A stretch of 64,000 bases of DNA from Stegostoma tigrinum (GCF_030684315.1 NC_081370.1:49494728-49558727), one strand, 5' to 3'. Shown: positions 38,856 through 51,919, numbered from the stretch's first letter. The notes: generated by a model from the sequence alone, not told the origin. Translations and numbers: made by a program.

Positions 38856-40199
38856 ATGACACATTCCTAAATTCTACAATAGGAACAAAAGTAAACAAAT
38901 CTTACACATATTTTCAAAGCTTTTCTCAAAAGTTTCCCTCATCTTTTTCATTTCGGCTTCTTTTCAATGATTCTCTGGTACCTCTTGTGCTTACTCTCTA
39001 AATATAACAATACACACTGAAAGATGAAAGGTAAAAAAAACTTACCAACTCACCAAGACCCTTTGACAGCAGTTTCTAAACCCATGATCTCTACAACCAA
39101 AATGGCCATTGGCCTCAGTGCATGAGAACACCAGTCCCAAAAGTGTATCTTAAAGTCACATACTGTTGTGACTTAGAACTGCATTATCTTTGCTTCACTG
39201 CACCTGGGTCAAAATCTACAACTCTCTTACTAACAGCTTTGGCTTACTTGGCCGTTGTTCTTTCGTACATGACCACCGAAATCTTGGAGGTGCAAAGTAA
39301 TGTGACACAAGATGTCAACAAGCCTCCTAACAACTGTGACTCTATTGCCACCTGCAATGATGGGAAGGTCAACAAGCTCAGGGCGTGGCCCTGCTCAGTG
39401 TCCAGGCCAGGTTCCTATCCAAGAAGTTCAGAGATCCCAGTAAGGTTGATACTTAAAGGGGCAAGAGGAAGAAGTGCTTAAAATGCAATGCGAATGTTAA
39501 ATGTAAAAATAGCTACCAGCCAAGTCTTAGGGCTGCATTGCGAACCAACTCCGCACCCACCACCCATTTCAGGATTACAAAGGCCACCTCTCCATGTCTC
39601 AGGACTAGATGACCCTCCTCTCCCATTCTCCTTGTTCAAGAATAAATAAAAGAAAGAAATAAAATACAACGGTAACACTTTGAATTGATTGTATGGGACC
39701 TCCTTTGCGAAGTAAACAAGATGTGTCTCACTTACAAGGTTTTGGCTGGTTTTACTTTCTCTGCCAAGTTTTGGGGCACTCCATACCAACCCCAACCAGA
39801 CTCTGGGCCCCGAACTTGCTCCTTCCCATACCCCCAGGATGGGCTGCAAGACAAAACATTTCAGCTACATTATTTTTTATAAATTTCAGGGAGGAAAGTA
39901 CACGATATGTCTAAACTGCTTTACGAGAGGTCTCTACCATGACAGTAAACTAAAGATTCGCCTATTTGTCTGTCTGTATTTTCCCAAGATTACACTATGA
40001 CTGTCTTCAGTGTCAAACAAATCAAAAGTTTCCTGATGGCTCCCATTTCAACAGTGCTCAGGGTCCAATGATCAGACATCAATCTACATTTTAAACAAAG
40101 GCCTCACCAGATTCAAGCAGGGTCCTTCTGTCTGATTAGAATTGTCGACTTGAATTGAAAATGGCAGGACTGGGATCAGGTGAGTAAGTCCCACAGTAG

Positions 40200-40690
40200 G
40201 GAAACAGGAGGCTGGAGGAACACAGCAAGCCAGGCAGCATCTGGAGGAAAGGAACAGCCAATGTTTCAGGTATTACCCTTCTTCAGGACTGGATGTGGGG
40301 GTAAGGGGAGCTGCAGATAAAGATGGCGGGGAGGTCGGGTAGCAGGATCATGGCGATCATTGGCAGTAGGTATGACCCGGCTGTTTGATGGGATAGATGA
40401 ATCCAGTTGGTGGCTGGAAGGGAGGGTCAGATGGTGGAATGGAACGGAAGATTTGGATCTGGAGAGGAAAACACGCTCTCTGAATATTTCAACATAATGG
40501 GGATAGATGGGAAGGTTATGTGAAATTGGAGAACTCAGTGTTGAATCCTCTGGGCTGTGGGGTGCCCAAGTGGAAGATAAGGCGTTGTTCTTCAAATTTG
40601 TAATCCGAGTCTCTGGAACACTGGAGGAGGCTGAGGATGGACATGATGGAGGTGGAGTGGGAGGGTGAGTTGAACTGGGCAGGTAGAACA
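40200..40690 (-). mobile_element. Penelope-like 3' fragment
   Basis: ggaggaacacagcaagccaggcagcatc; minus-strand core atgtttcaggtattacccttcttcag at 40261-40286; decayed GIY-YIG C-terminus ~40520-40680. Confidence 0.75.
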
Positions 40691-41271
40691 CAAATTTTCC
40701 ATCAAGGCTTAGCTTTTTGGTTGTTATCCCTTCCACTAGAATCTCTGACTTGTGCTTAAGTCCAGTGAGACTCAATGTACATACTGAAAATCTTCACAAT
40801 TCAAGCTCCTTTTACCATGCTATGTTTCCATCAGATTATGTTAAAAGTGTAGAGCGAAGTTCCTATTTGCAAGACTTTGCAAGGGAATCCAGGTGATTGT
40901 CCTTCCAACATTACTAACTGAACACAAAGTGCAGAATTGCTGACATGGAAAATATATCTTACAAAAGAAAGCCAATCGCACATTTCTGAAAGTGAAGTCT
41001 GGTAGTGGTTACAATATGTTGCTGTGCATCATTATTGTTACTATTTAGCAAATGCAAATCCCTGAAGCCAAGTGATAACCTCCTCATTTATTGAGTTTGA
41101 TTTGATTTATCTGTAGTAAACCAAGCCTGTAGTGGGGACGCTCCTTTGTAATGTACAGCATTTCCTGTATTTCTACACAGTGCAGAGAGGTTTATACTGA
41201 GGTCCCAGCAGCAAAGGTTGACTGCACAGAGGTTGTAGCCTGTCCCTAACATGTTTAGCAAGGACTACCTT

Positions 41272-41930
41272 TGTCATGGTGCTATGGAACTGACCGAAGC
41301 CCCTCAAAATGTGTTAGGAAGATAGCCCAGACCCTAACTTTTTCTTATTTTAAAGGTCAGCACCAGCATTGTGTTCCAGATGCAATTTTATTGATCAAAC
41401 TTCCAGGCTTGAACCAAGGCACACTTTATTCATACACTGTAGTTACAACACAACAAAAGGAAAAAAATAAAGAAAAGAATTGCCTTAGCTGTGACTCTAT
41501 TCGAAAACTTAACGGAATAATAGGTTAATTTACCACTAAACAGTAACTGTTCCAATATACTAACATCCCATAAACATACCCTTGACAAAGGTAAATTCAG
41601 TAAAACAGATTGTCTCACATGCGACTCCAGAAGCAGGACGAGAACCCTAGCTCTTAGCTGTAACTGAGAGAGGAGAAACAGCTTCCACATTTGGTTTCAA
41701 GATCCCAGCAACAACTGCTGCTGAAAAACTAGGAGCTAAAAATCCTGGTTCTCTGGGAGCTGGGCCCAGTTATCCAGGCTGCCTCTGTTGTTCTAGCTCG
41801 AAAAAAAATACCTGAAGCCCCATAGGCTGTTTCCTTTATTGAAGCCAAACAGACAACTCAATGCCCCTGTCTTAAAATCTCTCTTCAACACAAAACGGGA
41901 CAAAGTACACCTCTTAAAGCAATATGTGGC
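41272..41930 (-). mobile_element. Solo-LTR-like repeat
   Basis: tgtca...tggca ends; minus-strand AATAAA near 41425; homologous to 30945-31570. Confidence 0.6.
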
Positions 41931-41959
41931 ACTCCAAAACTTGCCCATTTGACAGATGG

Positions 41960-43000
41960 AGTTTGACACAATGAACACAACGGTGACCTCCCATGCTTCC
42001 CAGTCTTTGATCCACTCAGGGAGTTTGTTCCCAATGAGGTGGCAAGGTAGAAGGTGGGCAGAAGGTGGGTTGGAAGTTCATCATGGAGTGACAAGTGAAA
42101 CCTGGCACTGAGGGTTTCAACCAGCTTGTGGGTTTTCATGAGCGGGCAGCAGGCCTTTGTGGGAGCGATATTTGTGAAAGCATGAAAGCTGTTGAGTAGA
42201 GGATTCCCGTGATGCATGTTGTTGCAAATACTTGCATGTTAACAAGGTCAGGGTGTTATGACCCTTGCCAGATGGGTGCACAGCAGTCCACTGTGAAATC
42301 TGATCAGGCAAGTGTTGAGGCCCAGATTGCAAGAGACTGGCATTAGAAAATTAAGGGAGTTTAGAAGAGGCTCCTTATGGAATCTCAGGCCTATCACTGA
42401 GCAATCCTCTGCTATTATGGCAACAGCTAGCATGTTCTCTCAATCTTTCGACATAATGTTGAGGGGCCATTAGGTGCCAATGACAGCACATTGGGTATCT
42501 TGTTGTACTTACTGATTGGGTATTTCCGAGTTTCAGTGTTATAACTGGAACAGAAAAGATGCATTTTGAAAATGAGAAATACCCATTATTCCATTCCAGG
42601 ATTAGGTTTGAATTTGCTGAAAGGGTCACAATGTTGCTTTCTGTGGAGACTACCACGTTGTTGGGAAAGCAAAATAAACAGCTTTCACCTGAATGTATGT
42701 GCTTCAATAGAACAGCCACGGCACATTATTTTTTGCGGTTGCCATACACAGGCTCGTTCTTGCTTTTCCACAACACTTCTGTCATGTTAAACCTCAGTAA
42801 CTGATCAGGGTCATGTTATATTTATCAGCAAGGATGGTCATCAGTCATTTATTAAACGAGAAGCTCACTTCACAATATTGCAAAAGGGAATTCAATTTGG
42901 GCACAACAGCCACCTCCAGGGCATTTTTCTTGCTGTCAGCATTCGACATTATTTCATCTGATGTTTCCAAAAGCATTGTAACCATGCTTTAATGTAATGA
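41960..43000 (-). mobile_element. Possible decayed Tx1/L1-clade LINE ORF2 C-terminus
   Basis: Fragments such as HHGNPLLNSFHAFTNIAPTKACCP...ET loosely resemble the Tx1 C-terminal zinc-knuckle region; weak. Confidence 0.3.
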
Positions 43001-43774
43001 TAAAGTAGGTGTAAAGCTCTCAGCTCATTTTCCACAAGATCAATTATTTGAGCACCTGTTATTTTCCGCAAGGAGTTTACTGCCCTCAACCAGTAGTCAA
43101 GGTCAGTGAAAGCTAAATCTTATCAACTGTACCTCTCGCTGCAAACAGACTGCACCATCCATACCAGCCACCTATTTTCACAGGCTGACCAACAATCTTA
43201 TGTCACGGTCTCCACAGAGACCTATCATTTTCAAAATAGATTCGAGCTTCCTGTTAATCGTTAAAAAAAATCGAGATTTCATGTTTCAAATCTCTTACTG
43301 CAACAAATGACTGAAAAATGGTAATTATTGACTAAACCTTGTTGAAATTCTGTAGGCAGCCGATATGGAAAAGAATGTTCCTCTAATCTCATGCTGCACT
43401 CTGCAAGGAATTACACTCCTCAGCGTAAATAGCCGATTATTGCTACCAGTGCAGTAGGGGAGGCTCAGGCCGAGCTTATGACCCTACCTAGTCATTCTTC
43501 TGATTGTCTATAACAGAGGAATGGCAAAGTAGAAAAATTTGTGGATCTGCAGTTTCATTCATTGATCAGGAATCTGATGTTTTTATTCTCACGAACAGCC
43601 GGTCCATGAGAGTTCATTTGCCAGTTACCTTGTCTCTTCCTGCTCCTCTACTTTTCCTTCTTTGCTTCACTTCCTGAGTCTGTTTTCCTTTCTCTTGGTC
43701 ACCAATTGTTGACAAGAGTCCAGCTGTTGGGATGGCCAATTAGTGGAAGATGCAGCAACCACCACAAATTTTAC

Positions 43775-44531
43775 AGGGCTAATGGCAGGATTCTCACCAA
43801 TGTGAAGGAACAGAGCGATCTTGGGGTCCATGTTCATAGATCCCTCAAAGTTGCCACCCAGGTTGATAGTTTTATAAAGAAGGTGCATGGTGTGTTGGCT
43901 TTCATTGGCAGGAGGATTGAATTTAAGAGCCATGAGGTTATGCTGCAGCTTTATAAAACTCTGGTTAGACCACACTTGGAATATTGTGTTCCGTTCTGGT
44001 CACCTCATTACAGGAAGGATGTGGAAGCTTTCGAGAGGGTACAGAGGAGATTTACCAGGATGCAGCCTGGCGTGGAGGACAGGTCTCATGGGGATAGGTT
44101 GGGGGAGCTAGAGCTTTTCTCATCAGAGCAAAGAAAGGATGAGAGGTGACTTGATAGAGGTTTACAAGATGATGAGAGGCATAGATAGAGTGGATAGCCA
44201 GAGACTTTTTCCCAGGACAGAAATGACTATTATGAGGGGGCATAATTTTAAGGTGATTGGAGGAAGGTGTTGGGGAGATGTCAGAGGTACGTTCTTTACC
44301 CAGAGAGTGGTGGGCGTGTGTAACATGCTGCCAGCAGTGGTAGTAGAGTCAGATACATTAGAGACATTTAAGTGACTGTTGCATCGGCACATGGAGGATA
44401 GTAAAATGGAGGGTCTGCAGGGTAGTTTGATCGTAGTAAGATAATAGGTCAGCAAACAGTGTGGGTCAAAGAGCCTGTACTGTGCTGTACTTATCTATGT
44501 TCTATGTTGTTTATTCTATGTTCTATGTTCT
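43775..44531 (+). mobile_element. CR1 LINE, 5'-truncated
   Basis: ORFs 43706-44149 and 44139-44375 (DLGVHVHRSLKVATQVD, LYKTLVRPHLEYC, RGDLIEVYKMMRG); (ttctatg)n tail. Confidence 0.95.
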
Positions 44532-45418
44532 AAATTAGGACATCAGCCCTGGTGACCACTAGGAGACTTTGTCCTAGCTACCCAGATGGGGTACAGGACC
44601 TGGCCCGATTGACTGCTTGCTGATGATGCTCCTCATTGCAGCCAAGCTCTCAATATCTCACATTCATTATGGCAGGCAGGTCCAGGGGACAGAGACATTT
44701 GCCACGTGTTTATATACCAACTGCGAACTAGTAAGCAAAGATGTTTAGAGTTCATTGCAATGTGGTGAGTATGAGGCAATTTATGTTCTCACAGTGGCTC
44801 CCTTGGGAAGCCCAGTATGCCAGAAAAGACCTGTGCCATTTCCTCCTGTTTTTCTTTGTTTAGGGAGATAATGATCTATCCCAGCTTCTGGTGTACAGAG
44901 CCTCTGTCAATGGAAGCAATGCATGATAAGCCATGCCACATTGCAATGCCACCCTTTGCGCACCGGAATGATTCATTTGGATAGAGTTACAGAAGCTTTG
45001 ACAACCAATGACGGCTCTCGTCTTACAGTACGGCTAATGGTCCACTGTGGAGATTGGAACCAGGGCCAGGTGGATCACAAGGTCTCCGAAAGTCTTGATT
45101 AGGGCTGTTAACCTGGGCCCGTCAGGGAGCCCTGGGCTCACAGATATAAACAGAAGATTATGCCCAAGCTTGGGTGTCCCTGGAAAGGGAGTACGCAGTG
45201 TCAACCAACACTCTTGATATCTTTTGGGCGAGATGGGCACCATAAGGTGGAGTGCTTTTTCTGCCCCTCCAATTCTATTTTGGTTTAATCCCTATCCTCC
45301 CCCTCAGTTTTTCCTTCACATAGGCTTAGCCCTTAGGGGCTCTGTTTGATGCTGGTTCATTGGTCACCATGAATGTTCCTCCTGGTGGTAGTATGTTAAT
45401 AAAATTATTTACGTTTGG

Positions 45419-45591
45419 AGACAGCAAGAACTGTGGGTGATGGGGTCAGAGTCAACACAGTGTGGAGCTGGAGGAGCACAGTACATCAGGCAGGTCTATT
45501 TTGAAGAAGGGTCCTGGCCCAAAATGTCAACTTTCCTGCTCCTCTGATGCTGCCTGGCCTGCTGTGTTCCTCACCTCCACACTGAGTTGAC
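45419..45591. mobile_element. Older palindromic Penelope-like terminus
   Basis: Arms gtcaacacagtgtggagctggaggagcacag and ctgtgttcctcacctccacactgagttgac; decayed core ttgaaga-agggtcctggccc-aaaa-tgtc. Confidence 0.7.
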
Positions 45592-45634
45592 AAAGTTATT
45601 TGCACACTTGGTGTTTTTTACTGTGTACCACACC

Positions 45635-45724
45635 TGCGCGCACATACACACACGTGCGCGCGGCACACACAGACACAGACACACACACACACACACGCAC
45701 ACACACACACGCACACACACACAC
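45635..45724. repeat. Imperfect (CA)n/(CG)n microsatellite
   Basis: Direct reading. Confidence 0.9.
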
Positions 45725-46299
45725 TGAGGAGATTCTAATCTCCACAGCTGAGGATTGACTCCGAGCTGGCTGACCACAGCCAGTGTACTGAGTAGTAAAC
45801 AGAAGGGGACTTGGTCACAGGAACACACTTCTATGCAGCTATTTCAGTGATGACAGGAGAAAACAGGACATGCCAGAAAAACACTCTCTTACTGTAGTCA
45901 TCTTATACTTAGGGTAAATATTTCTGGCATCATGCCTCTATTTGGGAAACAATGTAAACTGGAGATTATATTCGAGCTTGGGTGTCCCTGGAAAAACAGC
46001 GCGTGGTGTCTGGCAAAACTCTCGATGCCTCAGGGAGAGGTGGCCACTGTGGACTTTGGGATGCTTTATTTCCCATTCCAATTCTATTTTGATTTGCTCC
46101 CTACCCTGCCCTTCATGTTTCTTTCACACAGGCACTGCCCCTACAGGGTTCTGCTTCTCACTAGCTATTTTTTGTCTGGCCACATGGGTGTTTTCCCCAG
46201 TCATCGAATATTAATAAAGTTATTTATATACCCAGTGTTTTCATTGTGTCTTGCACCTACACGTACACACAACATGGGTGCTGGGGAATATAAGTACGA

Positions 46300-46501
46300 C
46301 AGGTAGTTCTCCTGTAAATCGTGTTTCATTTCCACCAATTGGCTGTAATGTGAGTCATGAATCGTGAACATTTGTTTGCACAATGTGAAATTTCTGCTGT
46401 ACAGGTTTGGCAATTTTCTATAGCGATTTCCCTATAATCTGATTTTCTATCATTGAAGGTCGCACAAGAACGCAACTATTGCATTAAAGGAGAAATACCT
46501 G
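46300..46501. mobile_element. Tc1/mariner-pogo (Tigger-like) MITE
   Basis: TIRs caggtagttctcct and aggagaaatacctg, followed by TA; second copy at 48121-48333. Confidence 0.7.
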
Positions 46502-47059
46502 TACAGCTTTACAGCAGTAGCGTGGGGTTTTATAAAGAAAAAAAAAACGGGAGATTAGAATCTCTTCAAAAAAAGGGAAAAAAATATAAATGGGAGATTC
46601 AGAGTCCCCTCAGTCTAGGTGCTGGCTTTGAACGGGTTGTCACAACCCATGCACAGTGAACATGTAAATAAAAGGGTGGTTTGGCGATGGGATACTAGCC
46701 TCTTTGCAGCTATTTCATCCACAAAGTGGCACGTTTTTGTGACCACCAACTTGGTGAAGTATAGCAGCTGACCACATTGCTCCTGGTTTAGGTAGGGTGT
46801 GATGTATATTATTGTTGCTTGGGATGTTAGCAACATTGTATAGATCGTGACTCAATGAGAAATTCGCAGGATTGGGTTGGACCCTCTTCCTCTAATCTCA
46901 CAGAGATCAGTGGAATATGAATGGAGCAGACAATTCAATTCTACCTGTGCGAACTCGACAGGTTTGTATTATGTTAACTGTGAAAGGTTTTAATTGTAAT
47001 GAGCGGGAAGCAGCACACATGCCTCTGGTGGCCTGAATGGAGATTTTGTTTTAATTCAG

Positions 47060-47535
47060 TCATTGGATGTGGTTGTCTGAGGAGTCATGAATGGTGCTGA
47101 ACATTGTGCAATCATCAACAAAGATCCTGTCTTCTGTTCTTATGATGAGGTGAAGGTCATTGATGAAATGGCTAAAGATGGGTGGGGCTAGTTCTGAAGA
47201 ATTCCAACAGCTGAAATGGCTGACCTCCAACAACCGCAACCTTCTCCCTACATACCAGATATGACTCCAACCAACAGAGTTTTGCTGGGGCTCCTTCATG
47301 ACACTCTCAGTCAAATGTAGCCTTGATATCAAGGGCTGTAACTCTCACCTCACGTCTGGCGTTCAGCTCTTTTGTCCTTGTTTGAACCAAGGCTGTAATG
47401 AGGTCAGGAGCTGAGTGGCCCTGGTGAAACCCAAACTGGGCGTCACTGAGCAGGTGCTGTTTGATAGCACTGTTGCTGACATCTTGTATCACTTTACCAC
47501 AGATCGAGAGTAAACTAATGGGGCGGTAATTGTTC
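47060..47535 (-). mobile_element. Second LINE family, RT fragment
   Basis: NYRPISLLSICGKV...QFGFHQGHSAPDLIT...ALDIKATFD; IFVDDCTMF. Confidence 0.85.
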
Positions 47536-48120
47536 AGCTTGTTTAAATGTCCAACCATATTCATGGCTGAATGTGGTAGCACTACAGTATTGCACCCTTG
47601 ACTGGAGAAAAATGTAAAAAGTAGGAACGATATTCAGTCACAAAAAAGTGGAGGTTGTTTGGTTCTATAGGATAGCTGCACGGTTAAAGGGCTGACACAA
47701 TCCTAGCAGATGGTCAGCGAAACTAGTTTACCAGAATATGTACTGCTTGCACAAAGGAATCACTTCATGGAAGTAGGAGAATAAATGTCTCATATCTACA
47801 ACAAAACAGAAACAAGGCAGGTTGACAAAGTGCCAGCTCAAACTAGATAATAGAGTAGGTGTATTATAAAGTGAAGCACTTTCAAATTTATCGAGATAAC
47901 TAACTAACAGGCATGTCATGGTCTGAACTTTTAATCAATACATTTAAGATTGGACATCAGCACGATGTTAAGATGGTTGAGGTAAATCATGTGAATTTTG
48001 ACATTTAGACTGCAGACAGTTCTCAAGTGTCTGACAAATACCTAATTAAAAGTGCTGAAGTACCTACCCTTTTTGAATTTCAAAGGTTACCTGAGAACAA
48101 GCCTCTTAGATATTCAACAA

Positions 48121-48333
48121 CAGGCTGTTCTGCTGTAATGCTTGATTCGTTAACATGAATTGGCTGCACCATGATTGATGAATAGTGGATGCTGTTTGTA
48201 TAACACAAACTTTCTGCAGTACAGGTATAGCAATTTTCTACAGTGATTTCTCTCTAATGCAATTTTCTATGGTGATTTTCTGTAGTGCAAAGTTACACAA
48301 GAATGCAACTATCCTGTTATAGGAGAGCTACCA
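48121..48333. mobile_element. Tigger-like MITE, second copy
   Basis: caggctgttctgct...aggagagctacca; internal tacaggtatagcaattttcta shared with 46300-46501. Confidence 0.65.
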
Positions 48334-48521
48334 TACAGGAAACCTCACAACCTCTTGTGAATATGTTGCTTTGGAAGACGCGCATTTCAACTTCAAATAA
48401 CTGAACTCATTCAAGAAACTGCAGGCCTTTCACATGGAAGGTGGGAAATCATAAATCAGAGATTAAATTAACTGCAATTTTTACACGTGTAGTATCTTTA
48501 TCAACATTCAATCCTTGTCCT

Positions 48522-48523
<2 letters not shown>

Positions 48524-48597
<74 letters not shown>
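48524..48597. repeat. (TG)n microsatellite
   Basis: Direct reading. Confidence 0.98.
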
Positions 48598-48599
<2 letters not shown>

Positions 48600-49277
48600 T
48601 TGTGTATATGTCTGTATGTGTGAATGTATGTGTGCCTGAGAGAAATGTTGTGTTCATTTAGGGCACATGTGTGAGGCCAAATAACCTTCTTTATTTTTAA
48701 CACAAAGGCTTTCTGCTGAGCTATTTAGTTGGAATGTACAGTCCAAGGATTTAAAAAAAAGTACCCCTTCCCATGCAAAGCATTCTGATTATGGGCTGTA
48801 AGGGAGCATGTACATACTGTCTGGTTGTGTGACACTGCTTCAAGATCCCACATTTGAAATTTGGTCAGATTATAGCCTCAGTTTTATAAATGATCCGCTA
48901 TCTACAGCTTCTGTAGGCAGCAGGTCAACTCTCTCCAATAAAGTAATCTTCCTTCACGGTCAAACAATGGCAGTATGGATTAAACAAGTGCGAGTACTCC
49001 AGGGAAGTAAACATGCATTTGCATGCTAGTGATCTTATGTAGATAGATACAGTAAGAACAGAAATCCTTTTGCTTCATGCAGCCTGCACATAATTTTGAA
49101 TGGTAAAATATATTCAATCAATAATTCTCATACTGTAAAAGAAAGGAGGACAAACTTGCTGAAATGTATTTTCTTTTCATGATGTTGCTGTTGGTAGGCA
49201 GGACAAATGATGTTCTTAGTAGCCCTTCTTAATAATAAATCGGTGGCCTCTTTACTGCATGTGCTCTCCAATTGTCA

Positions 49278-49628
49278 GGAAGCATTGGCCTAGTGGTATC
49301 ATTTCTAAGCTGTTGGTCCAGGGACAGAGGCAAAGTTTTGGGGATCTGTGTTTGAACCTTGCCACAGCAGATGGTGGAATCTGAATTCAGTAAAAATCTG
49401 GAATGCACAGTCTATCGATGACCATGAAACCATTGTCAATTGTCCAGAAAAACCCATTTTATTCACTCGTGTGCTTTAGGGAAGGAATATGCTATGCTCT
49501 CCTGGTTTAGCCCAAATGTGACTCCAGACTCATATCAATATGCTTGACTTTTAACTATCATCTAGGATGGGGAATAAATTTGGCTTGAGCCAGAGATACC
49601 CATATCCTGAGAATGAATTCAAAAAAAA
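49278..49628 (+). mobile_element. Second SINE family copy
   Basis: ggcctagtggtatc; gcagatggtggaatctgaattc; ctttagggaaggaa; gtgactccagac. Confidence 0.8.
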
Positions 49629-50064
49629 TACTTTTTGATTGCACAATGTCCCCAACAAACTGAAGGTCAATGTGACCTTCCTAGGAACTGACATTGTGTC
49701 ACAGATCCTAGCAATTGTCTGGAGATCTTTCTGAAAGAAAGGGATAGAAATATGGTTCTTCATCACAGTCTCCTTCTAAAATCTTTGCTTTATTTAGTCA
49801 CAAGTAAATGTAGCTGTGTTAGAATCTGACTGCAGAGCTTGTAAGCAGATATTTCCTGCCCAGTTCTCTATTCTGTTTGAGTACTGGTAGATGAAGAGGA
49901 GGTCTTCTGGCACAATGACCTCTAGTTCAAATACCACCCAAGGACTAGCCAGGCAATGAAGGTGTATTCATAATGTGGTTGAAATGGCCAAGTAACTACC
50001 TTTTAACACATGCTGAGAATACGTGTAGGAGGGATTCCTGGTCAGTCATGGAGTGAAATTGAGG

Positions 50065-50625
50065 GATTGAGGTTCACAAGGAAGAGGTATTAGAAATCCT
50101 ACAGAGGGTGAAGATAGATAAGTCCCTTGGGCCGGATGGGATTTATCCTAGGATCCTCTGGGAAACCAGGGAGGAGATTGACGAGCATTTGGCATTGATC
50201 TTTAACTTGTCATTGTCTACAGGAATAGTGCCAGACGACTGGACGGTAGCAAATGTGGTTCCCCTGTTCAAGAAGGGGAGTAGAGACAACCCTGGTAATT
50301 ATAGACCAGTGGACCTTACCTCAGTGTTGGTAAAGAGTTGGAAAAGGTTATAAGGGATAGGATTTATAATCATCTAGAAAAGAATAAATTGATTAGGGAT
50401 AGTCAGCATGGTTTTGTGAAGGGAAGGTCGTGCCTCACAAACCTTATTGAGTTTTTTGAGAAGGTGACCAAACAGTAGAAAAAAAGAAAAAAATTTGGAC
50501 AAGCATATGGACGTACATGGAATAGCATAGGTTAGATGGGCTTCAGATCGGTATGACAGGTTGGCACAACATCGAGGGCCGAAGGGCCTGTACTGTGCTG
50601 TAATGTTCTATGTTCTATGTTCTAT
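50065..50625 (+). mobile_element. CR1 LINE with a large internal deletion
   Basis: ORF 50108-50353 DKSLGPDGIYPRIL..ANVVPLFKKG..NYRPV; joined at ~50475-50495 to the 3' end with (ttctatg)n tail. Confidence 0.9.
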
Positions 50626-50947
50626 GAAAAGAAAGTTGGATTCTCTGCCAACGCTGCCCATAGTTTTAGACTACAAAGCTGGCATAATTCATGTTACCAT
50701 GACAATTCAGACTCCGAGAGCGAACTGTATTGTACACAATGCTATGTAAAATGCATGGAAGATTCAACTAAAATAAATAGTTCACTTTTCGTAAAAAATT
50801 TCACTGATTCAGCTTCAACAATTATGCTGTTACTTCTGACCTTATAATGGACTTGTCCTCCATCACATGGTCAGAGGGGAGTATTCTCTGATGATTACAC
50901 AATGCTCATCATTATTCATGATTCCTCAAATAGTAGACTATAGTAAC

Positions 50948-51865
50948 CTAAGATATAGGAGCAGAATTAGGCCATTCAGCCCATCTAGTCTGCTCCAGCC
51001 TTCAATCATGGCTGATATGTTTCTCTAATCCATTCTCCTGCCCTCTCCCCATAACCCTTGATCCTGTTAATAATCAAAAACCTATCTATTTCTGTCTTAA
51101 AGACACTCAATGACTTGGCCTCCACATCTTTCAGTGGTAATGAGCTCCACAGATTCATCACTTTCTTGCTGAACAAATTCTTCCTCCTCTCACTTCTAAA
51201 GGGTCATCCATTCACCCTGAGGGTGTGCCCTTTGGCCCTAGTCTCTCCGACTGGTAGAAATATGTCTCCATGTTCACTCTACCTGGCCCTCTCAGTATTT
51301 CATAAGTTTCAATCAGATCCATCCTCATCCTTCTAAACTGCATCAAGCACTGAGCCCTCCATCAATCCTTGTATTACAAGCCATTCACCCTCAGGATCAT
51401 ACTTGTAAACTTACTCTGGACACACTTCTAATGCCAACATGTCATTCCTTAGATATGTGATCCAAAATTGCTCACAGTATTCTAAATGCAGTGTGACAAG
51501 AGCCAGATGCAGCCTCAGCAATACATCTCTGCTTCTGTATTCTAGCTCCTCTTGAAATTAATGCTAGCATTTAATTTGCCTTCCTGACTGTGAATTGAAC
51601 CTGCATGTTAGCCTTAAGAGAATCCTGAATTAGGACTCCCAAGTCCCTTTGTGTTTTAGATTTCCAAAGTCCTTCCTCATTTAAGAATTAGTCTATATCT
51701 CTATTCTTCCTACCAAAATGCATAACCTCACAACTTTTGACATTGTATTCCATCTGACACTTCATTGTTCATTCTTCTAGGCTATCCGTGTCCATCTGCA
51801 GCCTCGCTGCTTCCTTAAAACCATCTGTCCCTGCACCTATTATTTTGTCATCTGCAAATGTAGCA
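50948..51865 (-). mobile_element. CR1 LINE fragment
   Basis: taagatataggagcagaattaggccattcagccc 3' end; colinear with 29190-30420. Confidence 0.85.
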
Positions 51866-51919
51866 ACTTGTCCATATGCAGCATCCAGGCCTGGGCTGAG
51901 AAATGGCAAGTAACATTCA

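Noticed and set aside
39040-39120. Possible minus-strand exon ending at a gtaagt donor
   Set aside because: No supporting reading frame, acceptor or neighbouring exons could be identified
30945-41930. One 11-kb LTR retrotransposon bounded by the two LTR-like repeats
   Set aside because: The first repeat is embedded in a CR1 that continues on both sides, and no gag-pol lies between the repeats
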